From NCBI GenBank assembly GCA_964016885.1, contig OZ024745.1, positions 23,808,001 through 23,872,000 of the forward strand: DNA of 64,000 nt. Reading direction: 5' to 3'. The position numbers and the translations under genes are program-made. Positions 1 to 14,019 of this stretch are shown here, piece after piece (the stretch's first letter is position 1; each line of letters opens with the position of its first letter). The notes beneath the pieces were generated by a model. That model did no database searches and was not told the DNA's origin. It saw nothing but the letters and a program-made list of their open reading frames with translations. Source of the DNA: Eledone cirrhosa. Its lineage: Eukaryota.

Positions 1-178
1 TAACCACAAGGCTCCGGACTGATTCTTTGTCATTTTATTTTCAACCTAAAAACTTTTTGGACTTTCGCAGTTATCTCCCTTACACCTCTCGCACGTAGTC
101 TAGTATTGCCTGTGTGAAGTGACTGGTTTCTGCGCATGCGCGTTCGTACGGTTGTCCTTCCTGTTCCTATAACCATGC

Positions 179-228
179 CCATTCCGAGCTGAGGATCCGC
201 TAAGGTGAAACAATTGATCTCAGTATGG
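179..228 (+). ncRNA. Decayed type I hammerhead ribozyme
   Basis: ccattccgag-CTGAGGA(189-195)-tccgctaaggt-GAAA(207-210)-caattg (palindromic stem III)-AT-ctcagtatgg. Stem I pairs imperfectly, and U16.1 is replaced by A. Confidence 0.45.
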
Positions 229-784
229 TGAACTAACTGTTGTGTAACCACTTCTACTTAACTCGTCCCATGGACTGAGTGCTCTACCACTACGGATATT
301 ACCGTCCAGTATTCCACCACTATATACATATATATATATACATATATGATGTGTGTGTAGTGAATTTCATTTTTTTTTTAAACATCCAAAGTTGACAGAG
401 AACGAGGGACGAGTTGTAATATTAAAAATTAGGTTAATTCTCAACAATTTCATCTGTCGAATACGAATGTTTCGTTGTGGAATTATTTCCAGAGCTCGTC
501 AGTCAGACTCGCCTTAGTTTCACACGTTTGGGATCAGACGTAACTAGGAGAGCTAGACACATTTCCTTTTCACAAGCTCAACATCAGACAGGCGTAACTA
601 GGAGAGCTACAGCTCACCACTCAGTCCAAACTTGTAACTTTAGTCACTGACTTTCAGCTTATAGGACACAAGGTGTTTTTTTTTAAAGATATTTTGTAGG
701 GGGAAATGCGTCTAATACGCCAGGAAACACTATAATTAATATCTAATGAATTAGGGTATTATTAGGTATCATTTCATCGTTAAT

Positions 785-985
785 GGTTTCTGATTTAGAC
801 ACAAGGCCAACAGCTTCGGGTGGGGGGAGTTGATTAAATCTACCCCAGTGCATTTCTGGTATTTTATTTTATCGACCCCGTAAGGATGAAAGGCAAAGTT
901 GAAACCGGCGTGATTTGAAGGGCTGTAACTCTATGCCACAAAGCATGTTGCCCGATGATCTACCGAACCTGCAAATCCAACGCCC
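785..985 (-). mobile_element. tRNA-derived SINE (family S1)
   Basis: Shares core tttatcgaccccgtaaggatgaaaggcaaagtt with copies at 2770, 23177, 45225 and 60686. Confidence 0.7.
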
Positions 986-1199
986 CTCTCATTTCATTAA
1001 TAATATATTGAGTTATTTTCTGAGCTATACCTTCTACGATTACTGTTCCAGAATTACAATACAAAGAAGAAGAAGAAGAAGAAGAAGAAGAAGAAAAGAA
1101 AAATGTTATTTAAAGTCACCTCCCACCTCTTCTGTTTAAAATTCCCGAACGAATGTTGTATAGGGAAGAAGCACTCATCCAGAAAATAACTGTTAAATC

Positions 1200-1700
1200 A
1201 TTGTAAATATCATCATCATCACCATCATCATCGTCATCATCGTTGTCGTCGTTTTCACCACCACAACCAACAACAACGCCACCAGCATCACCACCACCAC
1301 CACCACCACCACCACCACCAACAACAACAACAAAAACAACTACAACAACACTAACAACACCACCAACAACATCATCAGCAACACTACCGCCGTCGTCTCT
1401 ATCAATATTAGCCTTATTCTCGTAAACAAATAGAGCAATATCGACAACAACTGCAACAACAACAGGGACCACAAAACTAACAACAACAAGAACAGGGACC
1501 ACAAAACCAAAAACAACAACAACCACAATAATAACAACAGGGACCACAAAACCAACAACAACAGCAACAACAGCAACAACAACAACAACAAGAGGCTCCA
1601 CAAAACCACCAACAACAAGAACAGGCCCCACAAAACCAACACCAACAACACCACCACCACCACCACCACCAACAAGAACAACAACAACAACGGGCCTCAC
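1200..1700. repeat. Low-complexity (CAA/CCA/CAT)n region with short acagggaccacaaaacc repeats
   Basis: Trinucleotide runs; ORFs are homopolymeric V/L/T/P. Confidence 0.8.
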
Positions 1701-1824
1701 GAAACCAACGGTAGCAAAGATAGAATATATGTAAGATATTTTAATAAAATATAAACAACAATTACAATAGGATCTATGACGAAAAAAAACGAAGGATTTC
1801 CGTCGGTTTCGACGATGTGTGATC

Positions 1825-2025
1825 TACGAGTGTCGGCTGAAACGTTCATAGGCTAACTATGAAGGAGTGATGTTAAAGCTGTGAAATCTTGCATGCATTA
1901 ATTTCAACTCAACTTTTTGATAAATGCATCGTTTCTTTCCAGAGACTATGTTGAAAAATAAACCTCATTCGGTCATTCCATGAGAGTATCTTGGTCAGAC
2001 TATGAACTTTTCAGCTGACCTCGTA
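1825..2025. mobile_element. Tc1/mariner-type MITE (~200 bp)
   Basis: TIRs tacgagtgtcggctgaaacgttcatag / ctatgaacttttcagctgacctcgta with TA termini; 4 copies in the window. Confidence 0.75.
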
Positions 2026-2098
2026 ATATATATATATATATAAAATAATTAAGTTAAATATGTAAAATTTGGCTTCGTTTATTACAAATTATAAATAT

Positions 2099-2153
2099 AC
2101 TGCTATATATATTTCGGTGACAGCCATCATTGGCTGTGACCTCTTCAGGCAGT
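2099..2153 (-). ncRNA. Type I hammerhead ribozyme
   Basis: Minus strand: actgc-CTGAAGA-ggt c acagcca atga tggctgt c acc-GAAA-tatata-TA-gcagt. Perfect 5-bp stem I, 3+7-bp stem II with a C.C mismatch, palindromic stem III. Confidence 0.85.
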
Positions 2154-2244
2154 CCGAATTGTTGTGGGAAAGACAGGTACACATGTTGTTGAAGTGTGTT
2201 TTACTCCGTCAATCCATCGATATGCCCAGCTCCTGGTAGTGTTG

Positions 2245-2343
<99 letters not shown>

Positions 2344-2379
2344 CATATATATACATATATATATGTATAATTATACACA

Positions 2380-2580
2380 TACGAGGTTAGGCTGAAAAGT
2401 TCATGGTCTAGCTATGAAGGAGTGATCCTAATTCTGTGAAATCTTGCATGAATTAATTTCAACTCTTCTAATTAATAACTGCGTTGTTTCTTTCCAGGAG
2501 CTATGTTGAAAAATACACCTCATGTGGTCATTCCACGAGAATATCTTGGTCAGCCTATTAACATTTTAGCCGATCCTTGT
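2380..2580. mobile_element. Tc1/mariner-type MITE copy
   Basis: Homologous to 1825-2025. Confidence 0.7.
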
Positions 2581-2585
2581 CATAG

Positions 2586-2742
2586 TATGAGGTCGACTGG
2601 AAAGTTAATAAGCTGACTATGAAGGAATGATGCTAAAAACTGCATTTTGTCTTTCCAGAGACTATATTGAAGAATAAACCTCATTTGTTGATTCCATGAG
2701 AGTATCTTGGTCTGCCTATAAACTTTTCAGCCAGCTATCGTA
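2586..2742. mobile_element. Tc1/mariner-type MITE copy (internally deleted)
   Basis: Homologous to 1825-2025 with both TIRs retained. Confidence 0.65.
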
Positions 2743-2767
2743 TGTTACTGTGCTGCCAATAACATAC

Positions 2768-2950
2768 TTGTTTCTACGTTAGGCACAAGGCCAGCAATTA
2801 ACCAGTGTATTACTGGTACTTCATTTTATCGACCCCGTAAGGATGAAAGGCAAAGTTAACCTCGGCGAGATTTGAACTCAGAATGGCAAGGGCCGTAACT
2901 CTATGCGTCAAAACATGGTGTCCGACCCTCTACCGATACTGCCAATCCAT
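2768..2950 (-). mobile_element. tRNA-derived SINE (S1)
   Basis: Core sequence plus reverse-complement B-box (gatttgaactc). Confidence 0.75.
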
Positions 2951-3169
2951 ACACGTTCTGTTATTTTCAGAGACAACCAAGGAGGTTGGGGGGGAGGGGG
3001 CTTCTCTTTCAATGTTAAGAGCAAAACTTCCGTTTGTAAAATCTGTAAAATAAACCCAGCATAATACAGTGGTGCTCCACCGAACAAGGAAAATATCAGC
3101 GACAACCACAACACAGAAATAGCAGCGAAAATAACAACACTTTTAAAAATACCGACCAATATTGAGGCT

Positions 3170-3201
<32 letters not shown>

Positions 3202-3214
3202 GATGTATACAAAC

Positions 3215-3303
<89 letters not shown>

Positions 3304-3322
3304 ACATATATATTTATATATT

Positions 3323-3406
<84 letters not shown>

Positions 3407-3945
3407 AATATATATATATATTATATATGTTTGTATACATCTGCATATATATATATATATATATATAACATAGTATTGCAGAGAAGGGGAAATGAGAATG
3501 TATGACGTTCATGCCTGTTTTTTTTTTTTTCATTTGTATTTTATTTCTTTATTTATTACCGGAGCAGGAAATACTGAATGTATTTGGTTGAAATTCGTTT
3601 CTTCATATCCTATCGCTGAATAATTGCAATCTCACTGAAGAACAATGGAAGCCGTCCGTACAAATGTGGTTTTTTGCTGTTGTTGTTCTTGCAGTTGAAG
3701 TTGTTTTTCTTTTTCTAAGCGAATATAGAAATAAAAGAAATAAAAAGAAAAAGAAAAAGAAAAAGAAAAAAGGAAGAAAAAGAAAATGAAGAAAACAATG
3801 TAAAAATCGACGGAAGCCGACTTCCATCCTGTTCTCTCTCAGTTTTGTCGTTTATTTCAAAGAAACATCCAATACCGTTTTAACTCTAGCAATGAAAAGC
3901 CAGATTAGTCACAAACTGCTACGGCTCATCTGCCTTACTGCTTTT

Positions 3946-3949
<4 letters not shown>

Positions 3950-3999
<50 letters not shown>

Positions 4000-4058
4000 A
4001 CTTTATCTCCCGTCCTCATTCTCTCTCTGTTTCTCTTTCTCTCTACCTCTCTCTGTCA

Positions 4059-4111
<53 letters not shown>

Positions 4112-4227
4112 TCTCTCTCCTTCTCCCTCTGTCTCTCTGTTCCCCCCTTTCTCTTTCTCATTTTCTCCCCCTCTCTCTCTTTCTCTCTCCCTCTCCCTCT
4201 GTCCCACTGTTTCTCTCTTTCTCTTTC

Positions 4228-4287
<60 letters not shown>

Positions 4288-4648
4288 TTAACTCTCTCTC
4301 TCACACACACACTCTCTCTCTCTCTCTATCTATCTCTCTCTCTCTCTCTCCCTCCATCTCTCTGTCTCTCTCTGTTTCACACTTTCCCCTTTTACCTTAT
4401 ATTTTACTCTGTCTCTCACTTTTTCCCTCTATCTATCTGTCTCTCTATCTATCTCACGCTATCTCTCTATCTCTCTCTCTCGTCTCTCTCTCCCTCCCTC
4501 CATATCTCTGTCACTCTGTCTCTTTGTCTCACTCTATCACTCTATCTTTCTGTCTCCCTCGATCTCCCCCTCTCTCTCTCCCTTATTATCTCTCTATCTC
4601 CTCCTATCACATTGCCTCTCTTTCATTCTGACTCCTTCTGTGTCTCTC

Positions 4649-4708
<60 letters not shown>

Positions 4709-4771
4709 TCGTTCATTCTCTTGGACATGTATATCTACTAACTTCTCCCTATCTTGTGTTCTCTCTCTCTC

Positions 4772-4829
<58 letters not shown>

Positions 4830-5414
4830 TCCCTCTCTCTCTTCCTCACTCTCTCTTCCTCTCTCTCTCTCTCTTGCTCACTCTCTCTTCCTCTCTCTCT
4901 CTCTTCCTCACTCTCTCTTCCTCTCTCTCTCACTCTCTCTCTCTCTTATTTCTTTCTTTCATTCTTTTTCGTTTACGTCTCTGTCTCTCTCTTTCCCTCT
5001 CTCTCTTCTTTCTCTCTTTCTTATCCACTCTCACTTACTCTCACTAGATATATATATATCTACTGGAAAATACATTCGAGAAACGCGAACACATACATAT
5101 ATACTTACATATACACACATTAACATAAACACACACATATTCTCACATATATATACATGCATACACACATATAGACAAACACACACATGCACACACACAC
5201 ATACGCATATACACATACACTCATACGCATTGACATATACAAACATGCACTTACACCCATACACACATACACAAACATACACAAACATACACAAACATTC
5301 ACACATACATACTCTCACATAAGCACATACACATATACACCCATACACAGAAACACACATACACACACACACACCTACAGACACATACACACATACACTC
5401 ATACATACACTCAG

Positions 5415-5445
<31 letters not shown>

Positions 5446-5450
5446 TTTTA
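3950..5450. repeat. (TC)n followed by (CA/CATA)n compound microsatellite
   Basis: Directly visible; explains the spurious 476-aa SL/HT ORF. Confidence 0.9.
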
Positions 5451-5630
5451 CAGCAGTTCTATAATATATGATGATGGATGTTTAAATTTCATTACCATTT
5501 TTATGTATATATTTATATATTTATTTTTTAAATTACAATTGTGATGATAATAATAATAATGATAACGAAAAATAAAATAAAAAAAATATATAATATTGAA
5601 ATTTTCAATTTTTGTATTAATACGCAATTT

Positions 5631-5667
<37 letters not shown>

Positions 5668-5766
5668 TGTGTGTGTGTGTGTGTGTGTGTAAATATGTAT
5701 TTATGTATATATATATATTTATGTATGTATGTGTATAAATATATATATGCATGTCTATATAATTAT

Positions 5767-5798
<32 letters not shown>

Positions 5799-6143
5799 GC
5801 ATGTATATATATATATATATATATAAATACGTACACACATATACACACATATACATATATATATCACGTAGGTTAGGATTATGACAAAACTTACGAATGT
5901 ACATGTTTTAATGTTGTTATTGTTGTTGTTGTTGTTATTGTTGTTGTTGATGTTATTTATTGAATGGTTATGGCACAGCCATAACTACTTCCGCGATTGC
6001 GCATGCGTGACGCCATAAACCCAAAATGGATGAATGCTTCAATGATAGTGTTTATAAATACAACTTGTCTGTATATTGAGTATGGGAGTGTGAAAGTTTA
6101 TATAGAACTCTCTCCCTTCCCCTCTTTCCCTCTCTCTCTCTCG

Positions 6144-6243
<100 letters not shown>

Positions 6244-6396
6244 CTGTATGTGTATCTGTGTATGTGTGTGTGTGTGTCTATATGTATGTTTCTATGATCG
6301 TTAGCATGTGTATACGAATAATTTGAAGTGCGTGGTTCCACACACACTCCCACACACACATACATACACACATGTATATTTATATTTACACACCCT

Positions 6397-6466
<70 letters not shown>

Positions 6467-7085
6467 TACATACATACATATACATATATATATATATATA
6501 TATATACTCATTAAAAACAACAGAAAGCTGGACTAGAAACTTTCTTTAAAATTTTAATCCTGCTTAGGCGATTTCATCAGGTGTTGATTGCAGAGAATGG
6601 AAGATAGATTTGGCTTGCTAATTCAGTTTAATTTATTGGCAACTGAAATTATACAGAACGTTACTCCGAGTTTCTCGTTGTCGATCTTGTGATAATTATG
6701 ATAAATATAGACTAATATTTGGTATATGATACTCTTAGAAACCAATATGTGTTACACACGTTTTGTACAGATTTGTTTTTATAAGCACACTTCAGGAGGC
6801 TAGGGCATGATTTAATACAATTTAATATAATATAACATAATATAATATAATATAATATAATATAATACATATATAAAGAAATATAAAAAGAAATTCAAAC
6901 ACTCATATATGAATAAACAACCTGTGACCCCCCCCCCCCCGCCCCTTGTTTGAAGAACTTTGTAACGCGAACTGGCGCGAAATTTATTATAATTATTGAC
7001 CAACCAATCAAATTACTTCTCGAAAAACCTGGCATTTCGAGCCACTTTTTCCATATAAAACAAGTAACATTCAGAGACCAACCAG

Positions 7086-7289
7086 ATGTGAGAAAAACCA
7101 CAGTCCCTCCATCTCAACTCTACTTTTGAAAAACAGAAGAACTGCGAAACCGGTAAAGGAACCAAATAAATATATATATATTTTTTTAAATAAGACTCCA
7201 GTTGCATTTTCGATTTCATCTTTTTTTCTTTATACTTTCACTCGTGTAGGACACCTCGGTTATTTTTCATTTTGTAAAAAAAACCTCAC

Positions 7290-7296
<7 letters not shown>
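7086..7296 (+). mobile_element. Short dispersed element ending in (TA)n; contains a variant-core HHR at 7122-7159
   Basis: Near-identical reverse-complement copy at 36488-36697. Motif: ctt-TTGAAAA-acag aagaa ctgc-GAAA-ccgg-TA-aagg. Confidence 0.7.
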
Positions 7297-7357
<61 letters not shown>

Positions 7358-7430
7358 AAATGAAGTAATTCCGTCGGAAAGGTCCAGGAAAAAAGAGTGT
7401 TCTATGTAGGTTACAGAGTTTAATAGTTAA

Positions 7431-7688
7431 GTTATAAACAACATAAGCAATTATTTCATTTACCAGTGGTTTCTTGAAAGCAAACAGATTTTGCTTTCAA
7501 TCATCAGATTGAAAAAATCCTGGTGTATTTTTGACATTGGATTTTAAAAACCAATGTCAATAAATGTTTTTAAAATCCAATGTCAAAAATTACACCAGGA
7601 TTTTTTCATTCTGATGATTGAAAGCAAAATCTGTTTGTTTTCAAGAAACCACTGGTAAATGAAATAATTGCCTTATGTTGTTTATAAC
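7431..7688. repeat. Fold-back inverted repeat (~120-bp arms) with an HHR on each strand (family A)
   Basis: Arms are near-perfect reverse complements; HHRs at 7454-7514 (-) and 7604-7664 (+). Confidence 0.9.
7604..7664 (+). ncRNA. Type I hammerhead ribozyme (family A)
   Basis: tttcatt-CTGATGA-ttgaaagcaaa atctg tttgttttcaa-GAAA-ccactgg-TA-aatgaaa; 7-bp stem I and 11-bp stem II. Confidence 0.85.
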
Positions 7689-7711
7689 ATAATTATATAT
7701 ATATATATTTA

Positions 7712-8130
7712 TTAAAATAACAGATTAAAGTTTAAGCAAAGAATCGCTGCTTTCACCCTTAACGGGATTTTCTGAAACTAACAAAGTCAATCTGTAAACG
7801 CAGAAGTGGATATTTCAAAAAACGTTGCGACCGGAGGAAGACAGGAAGACGATACTTTGGTTCGTGGAAACGTTCCCTGGCAAAGAACGGGTAAAAACGA
7901 ATATAATACGTCATTAATAGGAGCGGGGAAAAACAATTACGCGCAAAGACAGAACCACGTTTATGGTATAAAAGACGTCGTAGACTAATGTTCTCTTAGG
8001 TAGTTCATAGAGACGTTCTCTGGCAATGAACGGAAAAAACGAAGATAATACGTCATATGTGGAGCGTGGAGAACAATTGCACGCAAAGACAAAACCACGT
8101 AAATGGTATAGCTGAAGTCGTAGACTAAAA
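7712..8130. repeat. Unclassified dispersed repeat with an internal ~140-bp tandem duplication
   Basis: 7712-7900 matches the reverse complement of ~15665-15850; 7868-7988 resembles 8011-8129. Confidence 0.6.
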
Positions 8131-8330
8131 TTCGAACTAGGAGACTAAATGAATCTCCGCTTCAGAGTTAAGAATAAAGTAAAAAAATACAATGCAGAGG
8201 TAATAGAAATTAAATAAATACATACACGCATACAAATACGTACATACACAAGCATACGCGAAAATACTTGCCATAGGTATACAAAACCACGCACATATAA
8301 ATATGTGTGTGTGCGTGTATACAAATAAAT

Positions 8331-8365
<35 letters not shown>

Positions 8366-8400
8366 TTTGTATACACGCGCACACACACATTTATTATTAC

Positions 8401-8441
<41 letters not shown>

Positions 8442-8455
8442 TATGTGTGTGGGGG

Positions 8456-8494
<39 letters not shown>

Positions 8495-9091
8495 TTGTAT
8501 ATATATATATATATATATGCATGTATATATTTGTTTATATGTATTTGTGTATATATATATGTATGCCTTTGTGTATATGTTTTTGTATATATATGTATAT
8601 ATGTGTGTATGGATTTACGTATATGTTTATTTGTATGCGTGTGTTGATTTCTTATTGCGTGCGTGTGTACCTTTGGGATTCATCTATCTAATTTATTGTA
8701 GTGTTTTTTTTTGTATGTGTATGCATGTGGATGTGTGTGTATATGTTTGGATGTATGTGTATATATATATATATGTGTGTGTGTATATGTGTGTATATAT
8801 GTGTATATATATATATATGTATGCAGATGTATCTGTATGTGTACGTATATTTATTTATATATATATATATATACACATATGTGTGTGTGTGTTTGAATGT
8901 GTATATAGGTATGCATGTATATGTGTATATATATAAGTATATACATATCTTGTTTATTTGTTTATATTTAAGTTGTTTTTTTAAAAAAAAAAACCCCACA
9001 CACACACACATACACACTCACACCTTTCGTTGTCAACACGTCCCCCCCTTTTTTTACTGTATTTTGTTTTTAATTTTGATTTGTACTTTCT

Positions 9092-9130
<39 letters not shown>

Positions 9131-9629
9131 ATCTCTGAAAGCAGATTTATTTGCTTTCAGGAAACCACTGGTAAATGAAATAATTATCTTATGTTGTTTA
9201 TTATATAACTATATATATATATATATATTGTATTTTTTGTTCTTATTTATTTATTTAGTTATTCCTGCTTCCTAACTACTGCCCGTAAATGCGTGTACAT
9301 TTTTTAGTGCATATATATGTGTGTATATGTATGTGTATGTATTTATGTATATATCTGTGTATATGTATGTGTATGTATTTATGTTTCTGTCCGTATTTCT
9401 TTGTAGACGCAAATACGCTTTTGTGAGAAAGTATACGTCTACGTACTTTTTAGTATATGCGCGTAGTTGAGTGCGTGTATGTTTACGTTCTGGATATTTA
9501 TATTTTTATATATATATATATTTTATTTTTTTTCCCTTTTCTTTTTCGCCCATTTTTTTTCAGCCTCACTTTCATATTTCTTAAATTTTGTTTTCAAATC
9601 CATATTTATTAAAAACACCATGTTTTTTA

Positions 9630-9687
9630 TTCATTCTGACGACTGAAGATAGACACATCTGTCTTCAAGAAACCACTGGTAAATGAA
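9630..9687 (+). ncRNA. Type I hammerhead ribozyme (family A variant)
   Basis: ttcatt-CTGACGA-c tgaagataga caca tctgtcttca a-GAAA-ccactgg-TA-aatgaa. Stem II sequence differs from the 7604 copy but still pairs. Confidence 0.85.
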
Positions 9688-9713
9688 ATAACTATCTTTT
9701 GTTGTTTATTACA

Positions 9714-9742
<29 letters not shown>

Positions 9743-9745
<3 letters not shown>

Positions 9746-9942
9746 GGAGAAAGTATGACCCCGACGGCAGAGCTCAAGCCGTTTCAACGGTTATTTCTGG
9801 ACTGAGTCCAGAAATAGCCATTGAAACGGCTTGAGCTCTGCCGTCGGGGTCATACTTTCTCCTATTACCCACTCTACTACCCTAAGTATTGAGTACTCTG
9901 GTGCGTTATGGTCCATCTGGTTCCTTACTACAACTCCTTCGT

Positions 9943-9945
<3 letters not shown>
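9743..9945. mobile_element. Non-autonomous derivative of the PLE-1 3' terminus (fold-back plus ~80-bp tail)
   Basis: Matches the ends of the PLE at 28490-31393. Related pieces at ~10788-10868, 14592-14651, 33670-33823, 34036-34115, 40825-40945 and 56432-56621, all adjoining (TA)n. Confidence 0.75.
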
Positions 9946-9976
<31 letters not shown>

Positions 9977-9994
9977 CATACATACATACACACA

Positions 9995-10406
9995 CCTTCA
10001 GATTTATGCCTGTGATTGTTGGGGCACTGGGATATGTTAGTAACTGCCTCAATACAAATCTTGAGAAGCTAGGCTTCACAGGAACAGAAAGAACACAACT
10101 AGTTAGGAAACTACAAGTACAATCCATTAATGGAACAGTAAAAATATGTAAAACATTCCAAAAATTTTGCATCTAATAACTGCATATACACATGTATAGA
10201 TACAAAGCATATACACATGCACACATACAACTCAAAACATACACATCCACACATACAATAACATCCATATCTACACATACATGCATACATACATATCTAC
10301 CTAGTTGATGTTGTGTAAATTCCAATGAGAGAGTCTTGTGTCTATGTTAGAAACCGACTCTCTCTCTCTATTGGTAAAAGCTTGTGAAATTATAAAACCA
10401 GAAGAA
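9995..10406 (+). mobile_element. 3' end of an RLE-type non-LTR retrotransposon (R4/Dong-like) with (CATA)n tail
   Basis: Translates FRFMPVIVGALGYVSNCLNTNLEKLG...KLQVQSINGTVKICKTFQKFCI*. PVIVGALG is typical of RLE C-termini; copies at 47813 and 48200. Confidence 0.7.
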
Positions 10407-10452
10407 CATACATACATACATACAGATATACATAGATACATACATACATACA

Positions 10453-10484
<32 letters not shown>

Positions 10485-10492
10485 CTTCTCTC

Positions 10493-10539
<47 letters not shown>

Positions 10540-10686
10540 ATCTATCTATCTATCTATCTATCTCTCTCTCTCCCACTCTCTTATTTTCTCTTTACACCCA
10601 TATACACACGAATCACCCACACACATTTATAAATATACACACACACGCACACACATATATATATATATACATATATATATATACAT

Positions 10687-10767
<81 letters not shown>

Positions 10768-10911
10768 TATATGCATATATATATATATAACAAAGGAATT
10801 GTGGTAAGGAACCAGATGTACCGTCGAAACGGCTTAAGCTCTGCCGTCGGGGTCATACTTTTTCCTATATATATATATACATATATATATATATGGGGAG
10901 TGGGGGTGGGG

Positions 10912-10964
<53 letters not shown>

Positions 10965-11453
10965 GTGTGTGTGTGTGTGTGTGCGTGTGTGCGTGTGTGT
11001 GCGTGCGTATGCGTGTGTGTCTGAGTTTGTGAACATTTTAATTATTTCTCTTACTAGTAACTTAATGTAAATTTATATCTGTTTATTTAAGCAATGAAAC
11101 GCTGATACTTGGAGAGGTTACCGTGAGACTACACTTTTGATATGATGAGCTTCAATAAAGCGGATCGGACCGAGAGGTGTCACACTACTTGTCCATCAAA
11201 ATAATATTACCAATAAACAAATATTATTTCCCTTCATTCTTATCTCAATATATATTCGTTTATACTTTTAAAATCTTTCATCATTAAAACGAGCTGCCGC
11301 ACACTAACAAAAAAGAAACCCACACATACACATAGTCAGCCATTCATCACATAACTTATATATATGTATACATATATATATATATCATATATATATTATA
11401 TATATATCATATATATAATATATATATGATATATATGTATGTATGTATGTATG

Positions 11454-11496
<43 letters not shown>

Positions 11497-11500
11497 ATAT

Positions 11501-11546
<46 letters not shown>

Positions 11547-11850
11547 TTGATTATGCGTGTTTTTTCTTTTCGTTTGTTTTTTACATTTCAAATTTTGTTG
11601 TTTTGTTTTCTTTTTAATCTCGTTTCAAAGCATTTCCTTCTTCTGTGTTTTCCTTTCAGATGACGGGTCTGCCCCCGAAACGTTAAGACACAATTATTAT
11701 TTCATTTAAGCGTCAAACTAAAATAAAGTACCAGTAATGCACTGATTTAATTGCTGGCCTTGTGCCAAAAGTAGAAATAATTATTTTCTCTAGTTTGCTT
11801 GTATTCTTGTAATTCTCCAATTGATGTTTTTGCGTTAGATAAACTGTTTT

Positions 11851-11915
<65 letters not shown>

Positions 11916-13327
11916 CATACACACACACAGCATCACATTATATATATATATAATATAGAAAGGCTTCTACAGGACTAGAACTGTTTCATTCGGGAGAAAT
12001 CATCAGGCTTCCTGATGACCACGATGCATGTGTTGTTGGAGGTGGTTAAAGAATTACGGTGCTAAATTACATGGGCTTCAGATATCTTTCGCTGTCGACG
12101 ACACAGATATCGCCTGTTATTCCAACTCATGTAATGTCAGTTGACTTTCAAAAGACAACCAACACCAGCCAAAAGCTGATATAGATGTGAGTGACAAGAG
12201 CGTAAACAAACCGTTGACATCATTGCTGCTATCATCACTACTACCATCACTCAACACATAATCTCTCAATATAAACGATACGACAGAGACAACTTCAGAA
12301 TGTATAGAACGTAACGGGGAAAAAAAAAGCCACAGTTTAAGAAAGATATTTTCAAAATCTCTATATTACTATTTCGAGACAAGGAGGGAGGGGCAACCAA
12401 CGACTCTCGCGTTAAAGGCTATCGTCTGTTTGACTAAGAGCTATAAGAAAATGATCGTGAGCTGAAATGACTTTTCCAATGTATCTCCCTCACCATCCTC
12501 CGGGGAAACGACTTCTCTATTCTGTCAGCCGGGGCCACGGCGCAGCCAGCACATGGGCCCCCATTTGCTTATAATAGCGAGAGATGGGGAGAGTGAGAGA
12601 GACGGAGGTAGTGACTATACCAGCATTGCTGAAGTATTTTGTAGAGTTTAACGATATTATAAACATTTGAATTAACAAACCCACTTTTAGATATTTTCTA
12701 CTAAATCATTGCACGATGTTAAGAGTTAATGCTGCAAACGATATTTATATTAAATACAACTACGGACTTATATGTATTGGATAAGCAGTGCATATATGTA
12801 TCCAGTGCCTACGACTCTGAAATAACACATAAGACATACCTACAATACATGTATGTAATTATATTATCCGAGTGAAGTGAACCGTGTTGAAAACGGAATA
12901 GAATTTAATGTCAACAGCCCGTGCTCAAGAAATCCTCACCAGATAACAATCCCATGCGACCGTATATCTCTTTTGGTAAACAAATAATAAATGGTAGTGA
13001 TGCTTGATTGGAACTGTCTACCATGGGCTAAAGAAGAAGAAGAAGAAGAAGAAGAAGAAGAAGAAGAAGAAGAAACAGCAACAGCAACATTAAAAACATC
13101 ACAACCACCACCTCCACTACCGCCACCAAAAAACAAAAACAAAAACAACAACAACAACAACAACAACACCAAAAACAGTAACAACAACAGCATCATTAAA
13201 AAAAACATCATCACCACCATCACCACCAACAACAACAATAATAACATCAACAACAGCAGCTGTAACGACGACTGAATTCTACGCATTGTTGTCCGTGTCA
13301 CAGTAGACAATAGGATTTTACTAATTG

Positions 13328-13372
<45 letters not shown>

Positions 13373-13471
13373 ATGCAATGAAATATCTATGATCGTCGGC
13401 AAATCACTGATGAGGGACTTATTTTATTACATGTTATCCATGTGCAACCAGCAGTATTCTTCTCCCCATTT

Positions 13472-13525
<54 letters not shown>

Positions 13526-13526
<1 letters not shown>

Positions 13527-13969
13527 AGCAGAAGGGATATTTAATTTGTTGGAAATTCAACAAATATAAACAAATATAAATGTTTATAACTGATTCAGAG
13601 CACCCGACAGTTTTCTGGAGTAAATATTCAATGATATTAAATAAATGGAAATTATATTTATAAAACCATATTTATTCTATTATATATATTTCAAGGGTAC
13701 CAAAAACTTTGGTACGCTCTCATCAGATAAAATACAAAGTGTGTTTTATAAATTTTGACATAACCAAGGAACATACCTTATCAGTTGATTTTCCTACCCA
13801 AGGAAAATTCAACTGACAAGGTATGTTTTCTTGGCTATGTCAAAATTTATAAAACACACTTTGTATTTTATCTGATGAGAGCGTACCAAAGTTTTTGGTA
13901 CCCTTGAAATATATATAATAGAACAAATATGGTTTTATAAATATAGTTTCCATTTATTTAATATCATTG
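13526..13969. mobile_element. Family B fold-back element: ~100-bp tail plus ~165-bp inverted arms, HHR on each strand
   Basis: Arms 13629-13795 / 13802-13969; HHRs at 13673-13734 (-) and 13864-13925 (+); flanked by (TA)n. Confidence 0.85.
13864..13925 (+). ncRNA. Type I hammerhead ribozyme (family B)
   Basis: tattttat-CTGATGA-gag c gtaccaaa...tttggtac c ctt-GAAA-tatata-TA-atagaac. Confidence 0.8.
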
Positions 13970-13982
13970 TATATATATATAT

Positions 13983-14014
<32 letters not shown>

Positions 14015-14019
<5 letters not shown>

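Noticed and set aside
3892-5322. 476-aa ORF
   Set aside because: Translation of (TC)n/(CA)n microsatellite.
6520-6590. Minus-strand CTGATGA with a downstream hairpin
   Set aside because: GAAA is misplaced relative to stem II and there is no stem I.
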